From positions 37,882,001 to 37,946,000 of the forward strand of contig NC_135761.1 in assembly GCF_052425735.1 (NCBI RefSeq): a DNA stretch of 64,000 bases, read 5' to 3'. The position numbers were made by a program, and so were the translations under genes. Position 1 is the first letter of the stretch; every line of letters starts with the position of its first letter. The notes under the pieces are model-generated. The model made no database searches, was not told the DNA's origin, and worked only from the letters and a program-made list of their open reading frames with translations. Positions 1 to 12,140 of the stretch are shown here, piece after piece. Source of the stretch: Oculina patagonica. Lineage: Eukaryota.

Positions 1-787
1 TTCTCTTTTTTTTAAAAGTCAGTATGCCGTTTTATTTAAAAGTTTAAAGGCTGAACAAATGCAACAGTAAATTTTTATATTTCAGTATGTTGAGATCGAA
101 CGCCGGCTATTTCAGTGAGACTTCAACCGCTGATGTCAATAGAATTGGAACGCTTGTAGTGTAGAAAAAAAAAAACACCACCGAGAAATCAAGCTATGCG
201 AGCGAAATGTTCGTTCGTATATCTTTATCTTAATTTTGCTGGGCAAATGTCCCAAGAGTGTGCGTCCAGCAAAAATTGTACACAATTTGATTCCTTTGCT
301 GACTAGGAAGCTAGGAGCTACGTTGTTTGATATATAAGAGGTGTAGGGCCACTATCGTGCATGTTTAGAAAGTTAAAGACTATCGCACCTTTCAAATAAA
401 TATTAGCGAAATTTCATTAAAGTATGAGCGAAATCAAACATTTGAAAAAATAAACACACTCAGTATCCATTATCAGTTTGAAGATGTTTCTTTCAAAAGT
501 TGACATTTACACGGGCACACGTCTCAAAGAGGATATCCTGCTCCGTATTGTCTCCGTGACACTCCCCGAATAAGTAGTACCGCTCTACTTTTCCTCTTTC
601 ATGGATGTGGCGTTCATGGTATTTTCTAACTACATGTAAACGGATGATCTTGGAGAGTCAATAACAGTGAAATAATGTTAAATGTTATAACCGACCACGA
701 AAATCACAAAAAAATGATTGTCACTATCTTTTTTGTGCGGTTGATAAGTAAATAAATAAATAAATAAAAATAAATTATTATTAATAA

Positions 788-1263
788 TTATTATATGGCT
801 ACAATAGTACGCGCGCTCTGATTGGCTGCTGAGCGGGCATTATTTTCTTGTAATGACCGGGCATTATGACAAATTTTCTCGGCTCGACGGTTTTTTGAGT
901 TGTGAGTGAAAGCTACTAGCGCAATTGCGAAAACGACAATAAATACCGATACCAATACCAATAAATATTTTCAATCGGGCTGAAAGAAAAATATTAGCAT
1001 ACCGATACTTCTTTAGTATGAGCAACGAAGAGAGCCACAGAGAGCGAGAGCGAGTTTCACCTCGCTGTTTTTTTTAGATATTTTTAGAATAGCGCTTAAA
1101 GGCCATATAATAAATAACTTATTAACCTCGTCCGTTCGGTCATTACAGGGCAATCTCAGACCTCGGCCTTGATGTATTGACCTCGCTGTCGCTCGGTCAA
1201 TACATCAAGGCCTCGGTCTGAGATTCCCCTGTAATGACCTCACTCTCGGTTAATAAGTAGTAT
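788..1263. mobile_element. Non-autonomous element with asymmetric inverted repeat and long terminal hairpin
   Basis: Present in copy 1 and absent at the equivalent site in copy 2 (about 7085). 5' ttattatatggc is inverted at about 1102 (gccatataataa). A palindrome of about 138 nt spans 1119-1256. Confidence 0.85.
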
Positions 1264-1274
1264 TTATTTCTTTA

Positions 1275-1690
1275 AGAAAATGTCTCGACAAAAAGATGGG
1301 ACATTTTTTCAACACATGCTTTTCTTTTTTGCTCAACTTTGAAAGGCTTCAATTGGTACTTCTTCAGGTTATTAATATGAACGAACACATTATTGCCTAT
1401 TATGACAGCCAGGACAAACAGATACCCTCCTTCTTTAGAAATGCAAGGTATGTAACCTTTTGTTTGATGGTTTAAAAATGGCTTAGAATGTAAAGGTCAA
1501 TTCAAATCATTTAGGCTTTTAGATATGCCACACTGGAACAGAGAACATGGCACAAGTCAACTTTGTTTGTACAAAACAGCCTCAGCCGTAAATTAACAAT
1601 CACCCTTTTTTATAGAAACCTTTTGTGCTTGCAAGCAGTTAATATTGATGGTTGGACGGACACCCGCCCAAAGGCACCACAGCAAAAAGT
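1275..1690 (+). pseudogene. Ulp1/SENP (C48) SUMO-protease-like exon fragments (second copy about 7100-7515)
   Basis: Pieces read HFFNTCF, an AG..GT-bounded exon VINMNEHIIAYYDS, and GWTDTRPKAPQQ. These match Ulp1 motifs FNTFF, YYDS and PQQ. The catalytic Cys segment is absent. Confidence 0.6.
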
Positions 1691-1799
1691 CCCTTCAATC
1701 ATAATAGAGGTGAGCATATCAATGTCGAGCAAGTGTCCACATCTGCTTTGTTTGCTTGTTTTAAGACATGATATATATCCAACTTCTGTCACTTAATTA

Positions 1800-2196
1800 A
1801 AGAAAAACCTCAAAATTAATCAAGCATTATTGCTTAACTAATTTATGTTATTAATTTACTGAACTATTTATAACTCTTATTTTCAATTCCTTTCTCCTGT
1901 TAGTTAATCTGTCCATATACTTAGTTTTCCACCTTTTTCGCTAAATGTCTTAAGTAAACTTAAATTTTGTTTGCGTGTTACTGTATTTGTTATCTGAATC
2001 TCTAGTACACCTGTCCCTTACAAAACTTATTGCAATAACACTAAACTTTCCAATCTTATTAGCCAATGGTGGCACTTTGTTTTATTTTTATTCTTGTTTG
2101 TAAATTTAATTAAAATTAAGGGTGTGGCCTCAAGATTCCTAAAAGAGCTCGCTAAAGATAAGTTAGTAAGGGTGCGAATAAAGTTGTTGTTGTTGT
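1800..2196 (+). mobile_element. 3' end of a LINE (CR1/L2-like); second copy about 7625-8022
   Basis: AT-rich UTR-like tract ending in aataaa followed by (gtt)n, a typical non-LTR retrotransposon tail. Confidence 0.55.
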
Positions 2197-2304
2197 ACTG
2201 TATTTTGCAGAATGCTAAACGCTTACTTCATGGAATGCAATTGGATTTTAGTCAGGTATGGATCTGCTACCTGTTAAGGTTGATAAAATGTCACAAAGCT
2301 ACAT

Positions 2305-2718
2305 GTGTATGAGAATTTAGCATCCTTACCCGTTGTCTTAAACCGTTCTGTCATAAATGACTTTGATGAGATGTGTAATTATTACGACAGTCAGCTTAGT
2401 TCAACCTTAGAGAAGGCAAATGATTTGATTATCCAGATTGAGGTCACCACTGAAACCAAGCTAACTGATTACATTGCTTATGTGGCACTTGGTCTGTCAG
2501 CCATTAATTACATCCTATGTTGTGTTGCCTGCCAGTGTCTCCATAAAATATTGTGGCGCAGTTTTCAGAAAGTACCAGAAAAGCAAATTCCTCTTCAAAC
2601 TGTGGCCATTACTCCTCGCCAGCACAAAATCTGCAAGCGTTGTGATACATCCAAGCCCATCAGTCAGAAAAATCAAAAACAGTCAGTGCGTCAAGGCCAT
2701 CACCGAGGGAAGAAATGA
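2305..2718 (+). pseudogene. env: C-terminal part of a viral-type envelope (class I fusion-like) glycoprotein; copy at 8131-8544
   Basis: Membrane-proximal helical segment (LNRSVINDFDEM...LEKANDLISQI), TM segment (YIAYVALGLSAINYILCCVAC) and basic tail. It overlaps the end of the ectodomain fragment at about 19420-19445. Confidence 0.7.
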
Positions 2719-2774
2719 TCTTAAAAGGAACTTTGCGAAAATTTGTTGAACACTGAACTTTGTTGCACACTGAT

Positions 2775-3496
2775 ATGAATTACGTAATTAGTGTTGTAGC
2801 TCTTAACTTTTCTAGGCAGATTGATGAAGTTTCAGCTATTAATTTAGCATCAGTTAGTGGTCTTTTTGCTACTTTTAAATGTCAAGTTAATGGTTGTCGC
2901 TCAAGGCAATTGATACCTGTTTTTCGTGTAGACCGCCCATTTTCATGGCGAACTTAAGATTTATTTTTAGGACTGTTTTCTGGTTTTGGTCGTTGTTTAC
3001 TTTGGAAGGTTGACAATGTGGTTGAAAAGGCCTTATGCATGATTACGTCATATGCTCAAAATTCACCACCAAGCCTCGTTTACGCGAATTATTTTCAACC
3101 TTCTGCCACTTAGGGAATTCGTTCATGATAAAATTTGCAAGTTCGCACTTTGAAAGTGAGGCTTGGTGGTGAAACTAGCCAGTCTGACGTAAACATGCAT
3201 AAGGGCTATTTGTACAGATTTGTAGTTACTTTATGGTACATGAACGTTTTCTCAATGATTTGTTTTGTGCTACCTTTCCGAGGGATTATTGTCATTTATT
3301 TAGGGAAAATAATTTTTGTGAGGTGTTGTTTACCTTGAAGTTATCTGGTTATCTTTGCCTTGCACGAAACCTTATACATTTCGCATCTCAAGAGTTTGAG
3401 AGAATTCTTGTTTTTGCAGACTTGATGGCAGCTTTGAGTGCGTTTAGTTTTCAACGTATGGTTGAACAGCATTACTCTGAGCTTGAAGATATTTGA
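2775..3496 (+). pseudogene. Accessory ORF-X (about 180 aa, unknown function) downstream of env, split by a MITE; copy about 8601-9384
   Basis: ATG at 2775. Removing the MITE (3027-3208) joins ...VDNVVE to FVQICSYFMVHERF... in frame, leaving one internal stop (2955-2957). Confidence 0.6.
3027..3208. mobile_element. MITE with long terminal inverted repeats; copy 8854-9074
   Basis: ggccttatgcatgattacgtca...ttcaccaccaagcctc is inverted as gaggcttggtggtgaa...tgacgtaaacatgcataagggc. An empty site is seen at about 19540. Confidence 0.85.
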
Positions 3497-3535
3497 TTGT
3501 GTTTGTTACTCTTTTTCCTTGTTATTTCAGTAATT

Positions 3536-3802
3536 ATGGATATGATCGAAAGGTGGACGTGTCCTTTTTGCTTAACCTTGAAAAGCTCGACCACTTTCCC
3601 AATCGATTGGCTGTGTTTGCCTTGCGATCACATCATCTGTTTGGATTGTTTCCAAGAGAAGAGAACCCTCTTGGAGAATTCTTGCCATTGCCCTTCCTGT
3701 GGACTGGTTATGCCATATGGTTCTTCAATTTATTTTTGGTTGGAGGCAACTCAAGTTGCCGTCCAAGAGCAGGAGAGAAATGAGCTTGACGAGCTAGATT
3801 AG
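3536..3802 (+). CDS. Small C3HC4 RING finger protein (retroelement accessory gene)
   Basis: Intact ORF with CPFC...CDHIICLDC...CPSC and an acidic tail. A polypyrimidine tract plus CAG acceptor lies just upstream of the ATG. Confidence 0.8.
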   Translation: MDMIERWTCPFCLTLKSSTTFPIDWLCLPCDHIICLDCFQEKRTLLENSCHCPSCGLVMPYGSSIYFWLEATQVAVQEQERNELDELD

Positions 3803-4076
3803 ATGAAAAAAGAAGTTCTATTTGACAATTAACTTTGTTTCTTTAGTCATTTTTCTTGTTGAACACTAGTAATTTCTATAATATGTTCTATGATATCTTA
3901 GATTAGAAAAAAATGGCATCTGAAATCAAATTCGTGAGTGAGTTTCAACAAAAAGAAGCGCTGTAACTTGCAAATGAAGTCAAAAGGGTGTGCTGTAAAG
4001 GGAGAGCATATGTTGGCCTTTTCAACATAGACACAACATAGCGAATAGAACAAACAGTGGAGATTGGGACAAATTA

Positions 4077-4418
4077 TATCGTTATATAGTGCCTTTCTAC
4101 TCCTCCTTATTTCACTTGCCGTTGCAGCAGGGCAAATGCAGCATCCAAAGCGGGACTACATGCAAATGTAGCATCCAAAGCTGGACTACATTTTCAGCGC
4201 TATGAATAAAGATAAATGAAACAGGTTTTCTCCTCAGTGAGGTGTTAAAGTTGATAAGTGGCAATGTTGAATGGACCAAAGTTCCTCTGCATGGAGATTC
4301 TCGTTCCTTGCAAACTTTTAACGACTTTGGCAGTGAAATAACAGCTTACCGGGTAGGAGGTTCTGGAAAATGTTACGTGACAGTATTGGGAAAATCATTT
4401 TCCCAATCCAAATCAAAT
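4077..4418 (+). pseudogene. BRICHOS precursor N-terminal fragment; copy about 9965-10308, scrap 12160-12318
   Basis: Same sequence as the 21479 copy, truncated after KCYVTVLGKSF and joined directly to the transposase fragment. Confidence 0.75.
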
Positions 4419-6125
4419 GCTATTTCTGAAGACTAAGTCCACATAAAACTTGGTGGTATTGCTGGTGGTGGATCATTTAAAATGGTCTTCCAAATTGCAA
4501 ATATACAAAAGCCGAATTCAAAGACAAACAAAGTAATCTTTGCCATGTTCCATGCTAAGGACTCATGGGCAAACCTTAAAACTGCCTTGAAGCAATATAA
4601 AAACCAAGTGAACATCCTTAAAGAAGCTAGTTGGATGTTGGTTTCAAATAAAGCTACGATACAAGTTTAAAATCAATTTAACTTGATTGTAGTTATTTTA
4701 AAACATACCATTTACATTTAAGCAAGTGGTGTTTCTCTTTGGAGATTATGAGTTTCTTTGCAAGGTATTTGGGATGGCTGGCTCCTCAGGTAAGTTGTTA
4801 TGTATAAATTTTGTATACATCAGAATGTTCACATTTAAAACAGGTAATTATAATATAGTATAATGTGCATTTTTTCCAGGTACTTATCCATGCCTCTGGT
4901 GTCTCATAACTTACCCACTGATGCAACTGTCCCGCAGCAATCCTCAGCGAAGCTTGATAGAAAAAAACCCTTAGAGAATACTCAAGAGGACTATGATCAG
5001 TTTGTTGCGGATGGTTCCTGGGCTAGTCGACAGAAGTTTTACCACAATGTCACCCATGACAAACTGCTTGACATTGAGCTAGACAAAGTAATAATTTCCT
5101 TATTGAGTCAACACTTACTATCATAGAGGGTTTTTCTGTTAGCTTTCTTACTCTTAAACATGATATAACAATTATTTTTTAACAGGTTTGTGTTCCTGGG
5201 CTTCACATCAGCTTGGGTGTTTTTAAGAAACTTCATGAGCTTGAGAATCAGTGCTTTGAGCTTCACAAAAAAGTTCATTTACAGCTGGCTGTGGGGATTG
5301 AGCAGCTTGAAGAAACCGCTGTGAATGAGAAGATGCAAAACCTCAGAGCTGCACAGCAACACCAAAGTCAGGTTTCAGAGTTAGAAGAGAAAGCAAATTC
5401 TTTACAAGAGATATTGAATTTACAGCATTTGCATTCTAATATAATAACTCTTGCCCCTGCCTACATTGAAACATTGCAGAAAGAAATAGAGAAACTCAAC
5501 GAAAATGCAAAACAGGAGGTCATGAGTATTAATCTATTTCAATTTTCTGACTCCTTAGGTCTCTAAGCCTCACAATATTAAAATTAAGAAAATTTCTGTG
5601 AAATTTCTTTGGTAAATGTTCCCATATTAATACTGGTCCAACACTTTGAACAGCTTACTGAGTCAAACTGTTATTACTTGTACAGGTGTTTGAAAAGCTA
5701 ACAAAATGATTTTCACACTATGACTAAACTATATACGGACACTCTTCTTTGACACAAAATCGTAGGAAAAGCTGGCAGATGATCAGTGGAAATTGGCTGG
5801 ACTCGAAAAGTCAAAAGGACCTTTGGTAAAGCAGCTTGACACATCTTTGAAAGAAATGAATGTGGAGAGGCAGGCATATCGTTCATACCTGCTGTAAGGT
5901 AATATTAATATTTTTTTCATAAAGATAAGAAAACCAGTATAAAAGGACATTCAGCCTCAACTTGTTTTGGTCTTACTTTCACTAACACTAGCTATTCATT
6001 TTTTTGTTTCAGGAAAACAATATAACTTAACTTTGCAATGGAATTGTTGTGAAACCAGAGGAGGTCTGCCCTTCCTTTGTTCCTCAGGCCATAGAAATCA
6101 GCACAAAATTTAAAGAGCTGTTTCA
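4419..6125 (+). pseudogene. Intron-containing Transib/RAG1-like DDE transposase fragment
   Basis: Exons read IKLGG(IA)GGGSFK, LFGDYEFLC, YPCLWC, VCVPGLHISLG and GPLVKQLD..VERQAY. They are separated by GT-AG introns and carry frameshifts. The first catalytic Asp position appears mutated. Confidence 0.65.
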
Positions 6126-6178
6126 GTCCAAATATAATAGTTAAAATATACAAAACAAAATATTCTGTACCATACAAA

Positions 6179-6260
6179 GTTACGATAGCTCAGTTGGTAG
6201 AAAACACTTCTACAGAAGTTCTGTATGCCTTGGTCGTTGGTTCAAATCCAAATGGAAGCC
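6179..6260 (+). pseudogene. tRNA-derived sequence (tRNA-Tyr-like ends, degenerate)
   Basis: A box gatagctcagttggtaga, B box ggttcaaatcc and a downstream T run. The anticodon arm and acceptor stem do not fold canonically. Confidence 0.6.
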
Positions 6261-9200
6261 ATTATTTTTCTTTTTTCTCTTTTTTTTTAAAAGTCAGTAT
6301 GCCGTTTTATTTAAAAGTTTAAAGGCTGAACAAACGCAACAGTAAATTTTTATATTTCAGTATGTTGAGATCGAACGCCGGCTATTTCAGTGAGACTTCA
6401 ACCGCTGATGTCAATAGAATTGGAACGCCTGTAGTGTAGAAAAAAAAAAACACCACCGAGAAATCAAGCTATGCGAGCGAAATGTTCGTTCGTATATCTT
6501 TATCTTAATTTTGCTGGGCAAATGTCCCAAGAGTGTGCGTCCAGCAAAAATTGTACACAATTTGATTCCTTTGCTGATTAGGAAGCTAGGAGCTACGTTG
6601 TTTGATATATAAGTGGTGTAGGGCCACTATCGTGCATGTTTAGAAAGTTAAAGACTATCGCACCTTTCAAATAAATATTAGCGAAATTTCATAAAAGTAT
6701 GAGCGAAATCAAACATTTGAAAAAATAAACACACTTCTAAATTTCAAAGACACGTTTCGGACACTCTGTATCCATTATCAGTTTGAAGATGTTTCTTTCA
6801 AAAGTTGACATTTACACGGGCACACGTCTCAAAGAGGATATCCTGCTCCGTATTGTCTCCGTGACGCTCCCCGAATAAGTAGTACCGCTCTACTTTTCCT
6901 CTTTCATGGATGTGGCGTTCATGGTATTTTCTAACTACATGTAAACGGATGATCTTGGAGAGTCAATAACAGTGAAATAATGTTAAATGTTATAACCGAC
7001 CACGAAAATCACAAAAAAATGATTGTCACTATCTTGTTTGTGCGGTTGATAAGTAAATAAATAAATAAAAATAAATTATTATTAATTATTACTTCTTTAA
7101 GAAAATGTCTCGACAAAAAGATGGGACATTTTTTCAACACATGCTTTTCTTTTTTGCTCAACTTTGAAAGGCTTCAATTGGTACTTCTTCAGGTTATTAA
7201 TATGAACGAACACATTATTGCCTATTATGACAGCCAGGACAAACAGATACCCTCCTTCTTTAGAAATGCAAGGTATGTAACCTTTTGTTTGATGGTTTAA
7301 AAATGGCTTAGAATGTAAAGGTCAATTCAAATCATTTAGGCTTTTAGATATGCCACACTGGAACAGAGAACATGGCACAAGTCAACTTTGTTTGTACAAA
7401 ACAGCCTCGGTCGTAAATTAACAATCGCCCTTTTTTATAGAAACCTTTTGTGCTTGCAAGCAGTTAATATTGATGGTTGGACGGACACCCGCCCAAAGGC
7501 ACCACAGCAAAAAGTCCCTTCAATCATAATAGAGGTGAGCATATCAATGTCGAGCAAGTGTCCACATCTGCTTTGTTTGCTTGTTTTAAGACATGATATA
7601 TATTCAACTTCTGTCACTTAATTTAAAGAAAAACTTCAAAATTAATCAAGCATTATTGCTTAACTAATTTATGTTATTAATTTACTGAACTATTTATAAC
7701 TCTTATTTTCAATTCCTTTCTCCTGTTAGTTAATCTGTCCATATACTTAGTTTTCCACCTTTTTCGCTAAATGTCTTAAGTAAACTTAAATTTTGTTTGC
7801 GTGTTACTGTATTTGTTATCTGAATCTCTAGTACACCTGTACCTTACAAAACTTATTGCAATAACACTAAACTTTCCAATCTTATTAGCCAATGGTGGTA
7901 CTTTGTTTTGTTTTTATTCTTGTTTGTAAATTTAATTAAAATTAAGGGTGTGGCCTCAAGAGTCCTAAAAGAGCTCGCTAAAGATAAGTTAGTAAGGGTG
8001 CGAATAAAGTTGTTGTTGTTGTACTGTATTTTGCAGAATGCTAAACGCTTACTTCATGGAATGCAATTGGATTTTAGTCAGGTATGGATCTGCTACCTGT
8101 TAAGGTTGATAAAATGTCACAAAGCTACATGTGTATGAGAATTTAGCATCCTTACCCGTTGTCTTAAACCGTTCTGTCATAAATGACTTTGATGAGATGT
8201 GTAATTATTACGACAGTCAGCTTAGTTCAACCTTAGAGAAGGCAAATGATTTGATTAGCCAGATTGAGGTCACCACTGAAACCATGCTAACTGATTACAT
8301 TGCTTATGTGGCACTTGGTCTGTCAGCCATTAATTACATCCTATGTTGTGTTGCCTGCCAGTGTCTCCATAAAATATTGCGACGCAGTTTTCAGAAAGTA
8401 CCAGAAAAGCAAATTCCTCTTCAAACTGTGGCCATTACTCCTCGCCAGCACAAAATCTGCAAGCGTTGTGATACACCCAAGCCCATCAGTCAGGAAAATC
8501 AAAACCAGTCAGTGCGTCAAGGCCATCACCGAGGGAAGAAATGATCTTAAAAGGAACTTTGCGAAAATTTGTTGAACACTGAACTTTGTTGCACACTGAT
8601 ATGAATTACGTAATTAGTGTTGTAGCTCTTAACTTTTCTAGGCAGATTGATGAAGTTGCAGCTATTAATTTAGCATCAGTTAGTGGTCTTTTTGCTACTT
8701 TTAAATGTCAAGTTAATGGTTGTCGCTCAAGGCAAATGATACCCGTTTTTCGTGTAGACCGCCCATTTTCATGGCGAACTTAAGATTTATTTTTAGGACT
8801 GTTTTCTGGTTTTGGTCGTTGTTTACTTTGGAAGGTTGACAATGTGGTTGAAAAGGCCTTATGCATGATTACGTCATATGCTCAAAATTCACCACCAAGC
8901 CTCGTTTACGCGAATTATTTTCAACCTTCTTCCACCTTCATGCAGTTTTCTTGTGGGTATTCTTTTTATCTTGCTCTTAGGGAATTCGTTCATGATAAAA
9001 TTTGCAAGTTCGCACTTTGAAAGTGAGGCTTGGTGGTGAAACTAGCCAGTCTGACGTAAACATGCATAAGGGCTATTTGTACAGATTTGTAGTTACTTTA
9101 TGGTACATGAACGTTTTCTCAATGATTTGTTTCGTGCTACCTTTCCAAGGGATTATTGTCATTTATTTAGGGAAAATAATTTTTGTGAGGTGTTGTTTAC

Positions 9201-9423
9201 CTTGAAGTTATCTGGTTATCTTTGCCTTGCACGAAACCTTATACATTTCGCATCTCAAGAGTTTGAGGGAATTCTTGTTTTTGCAGACTTGATGGCAGCT
9301 TTGAGTGCGTTTAGTTTTCAACGTATGGTTGAACAGCATTTTAATTTTTTTTTTTTTAATTACTCTGAGCTTGAAGATATTTGATTGTGTTTGTTACTCT
9401 TTTTCCTTGTTATTTCGGTAATT

Positions 9424-9690
9424 ATGGATATGATCGAAAGGTGGACGTGTCCTTTTTGCTTAACCTTGAAAAGCTCGACCACTTTCCCGATCGATTGGCT
9501 GTGTTTGCCTTGCGATCACATCATCTGTTTGGATTGTTTCCAAGAGAAGAGAACCCTCTTGGAGAATTCTTGCCATTGCCCTTCCTGTGGACTGGTTATG
9601 CCATATGGTTCTTCAATTTATTTTTGGTTGGAGGCAACTCAAGTTGCCGTCCAAGAGCAGGAGAGAAATGAGCTTGACGAGCTAGATTAG
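9424..9690 (+). CDS. RING finger ORF, duplicate of 3536-3802
   Basis: Identical translation. The upstream acceptor is changed from CAG to CGG. Confidence 0.75.
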   Translation: MDMIERWTCPFCLTLKSSTTFPIDWLCLPCDHIICLDCFQEKRTLLENSCHCPSCGLVMPYGSSIYFWLEATQVAVQEQERNELDELD

Positions 9691-10308
9691 ATGGAAAAAG
9701 AAGTTCTATTTGACAATTAACTTTGTCCTTCTTTAGTCATTTTTTCTTGTTGAACACTAGTAATTTCTATAATATGTTCTATGATATCTTAGAATTAGAA
9801 AATGGCATCTGAAATCAAATTCGTGAGTGAGTTTCAACAAAAAGAAGCGCTGTAACTTGCAAATGAAGTCAAAAGGGTGTGCTGTAAAGGGAGAGCATAT
9901 GTTGGCCTTTTCAACATAGACACAACATAGCGAATAGAACAAACAGTGGAGATTGGGACAAATTATGTCGTTATATAGTGCCTTTCTACTCCTCCTTATT
10001 TCACTTGCCGTTGCAGCAGGGCAAATGCAGCATCCAAAGCGGGACTACATGCAAATGTAGCATCCAAAGCTGGACTACATTTTCAGCGCTATGAATAAAG
10101 ATAAATGAAACAGGTTTTCTCCTCAGTGAGGTGTTAAAGTTGATAAGTGGCAATGTTGAATGGATCAAAGTTCCTCTGCATGGAGATTCTCGTTCCTTGC
10201 AAACTTTTAACGACTTTGGCAGTGAAATAACAGCTTACCGGGTAGGAGGTTCTGGAAAATGTTACGTGACAGTATTGGGAAAATCATTTTCCCAATCCAA
10301 ATCAAATG

Positions 10309-12140
10309 CTATTTCTGAAGACTAAGTCCACATAAAACTTGGTGGTATTGCTGGTGGTGGATCATTTAAAATGGTCTTCCAAATTGCAAATATACAAAAG
10401 CCGAATTCAAAGACAAACAAAGTAATCTTTGCCATGTTCCATGCTAAGGACTCATGGGCAAACCTTAAAACTGCCTTGAAGCAATATAAAAACCAAGTGA
10501 ACATCCTTAAAGAAGCTAGTTGGATGTTGGTTTCAAATAAAGCTAGGATACAAGTTTAAAATCAATGTAACTTGATTGTAGTTATTTTAAAACATACCAT
10601 TTACATTTAAGTAAGTGGTGTAACTCTTTGGAGATTATGAGTTTCTTTGCAAGGTATTTGGGATGGCTGGCTCCTCAGGTAAGTTGTTATGTATTTATTT
10701 TGTATACATCAGAATGTCCACATTTAAAACAGGTAATTTCTGAATATTCCACAAATGTATAATATGCATTTTTCCAGGTACTTATCCATGCCTCTGGTGT
10801 CTCATAACTTACCCACTGATGCAACTGTCCCGCAGCAATCCTCAGCGACGCTTGATAGAAAAAAGAACCTTAGAGAATATTCAAGAGGACTATGATCAGT
10901 TTGCCGCGGATGGTTCCTGGGTTAGTCGACAGAAGTTTTACCACAATGTCACCCATTGCAAACTGCTTGACATTGAGCTAGACAAAGTACGGTAATAATT
11001 TGCTTATTGAGTTAACACTTACTATCATAAAGGGTTTTTCTGTTGACTTTCTTACCCTTAAACATGATATAACAATTATTTTTTAACAGGTTTGTGTTCC
11101 TGGGCTTCACATCAGCTTGGGTGTTTTTAAGAAACTCTTTGATGGGCTTGAGGATCAGTGCTTTGAGCTTGACAACAGAGTTCATTTACAGCTGGCTGTG
11201 GGGAGTGAGCAGCTTGAAAAAGCCACTGTGAATAAGAAGATGCAAGCACTCAGAGCTGCACAGCAACACCAAAGTCAGGTTTCAGAGTTAGAAGAGAAAG
11301 AAAATTCTTTACAAGAGATATTGAATTTACAGCATGTGTATTCTAATATAACTCTTGCCCCTGCCTACATTGAAACAATACAATGCAATTTTATTGTCCA
11401 TACGTGGGACGCGGTCTCTCTCAATGTCCGAGCCAGAGGCTCATGTATAAAACGTAGGACTAAATTAATTAAACATTGCAGAAAGAGATAAAGAAACTCA
11501 ATGAAAATGCAAAACAGGAGGTAATGAGTATTAATCTATTTCACTTTTCTGACTCCTTAGGTCTCTAAGCCTTACAATATTAAAATTAAGAAAATTTCTG
11601 TGAAATTTCTTTGGTAAATGTTCCCATATTAATACTGGTCCAACACTCTGAACAGCTTACTGAGTCAAACTGTTATTACTTGTACAGGTGTTTGAAAAGC
11701 TAACAAAATGATTTTCACAATATGAATAAACTATATACAAACACTCTTTGACACAAAATCGTAGGAAAAGCTGGCAGATGATCAGTGGAAATTGGCTGGA
11801 CTCGAAAAGTCAGAAGGACCTTTGGTAAAGCAGCCTGACACATCTTTGAAAGAAATGAAAGTGGAGAGGCAGGCATATCGTGGGAAATCATTTATTGGCA
11901 AACATGTTCATACTTGCTGTAAGGTAATATTAATAATTTTTTCATAAAGGTATGAACACCTGTATAAAAGGACATTCAGCATCAACTTGTTTTGGTCTTA
12001 CTTTCACTAACACTAGCTATTCATTTTTTTTCTGTTTCAGAAAAACAATATAACTAAACTTTGCAATGGAATTGTCGTGAAACCAGAGGAGGCTGCCCTT
12101 CCTTTATTCCTCAGGTCACAGAAATCAGCACAAAATTTAA
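10309..12140 (+). pseudogene. Transib/RAG1-like transposase fragment, copy 2
   Basis: Same exons as 4419-6125. It additionally retains RQAYRGKSFIGKHVH (about 11870-11915), which is deleted in copy 1. Confidence 0.65.
11377..11470 (-). mobile_element. About 95 bp 5'-truncated LINE 3' stub
   Basis: Absent from copy 1 and flanked by an aaaca duplication. The minus strand ends aataaaattgcattgtattg. Confidence 0.65.

Larger units (their letters stand above)
1..12140 (+). repeat. Tandem segmental duplication, about 6.3 kb unit (copy 1: 1-6275, starting at the window edge; copy 2: 6276-about 12140)
   Basis: Position 1 (ttctcttttttttaaaagtcagtatgccg) recurs at 6276. All ORFs are duplicated nearly identically (e.g. 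2305/8131, 3497/9385, 4242/10131). The copies differ by insertions and short indels. Confidence 0.95.

Noticed and set aside
6179-6260. Functional tRNA gene
   Set aside because: No canonical anticodon arm or acceptor stem.
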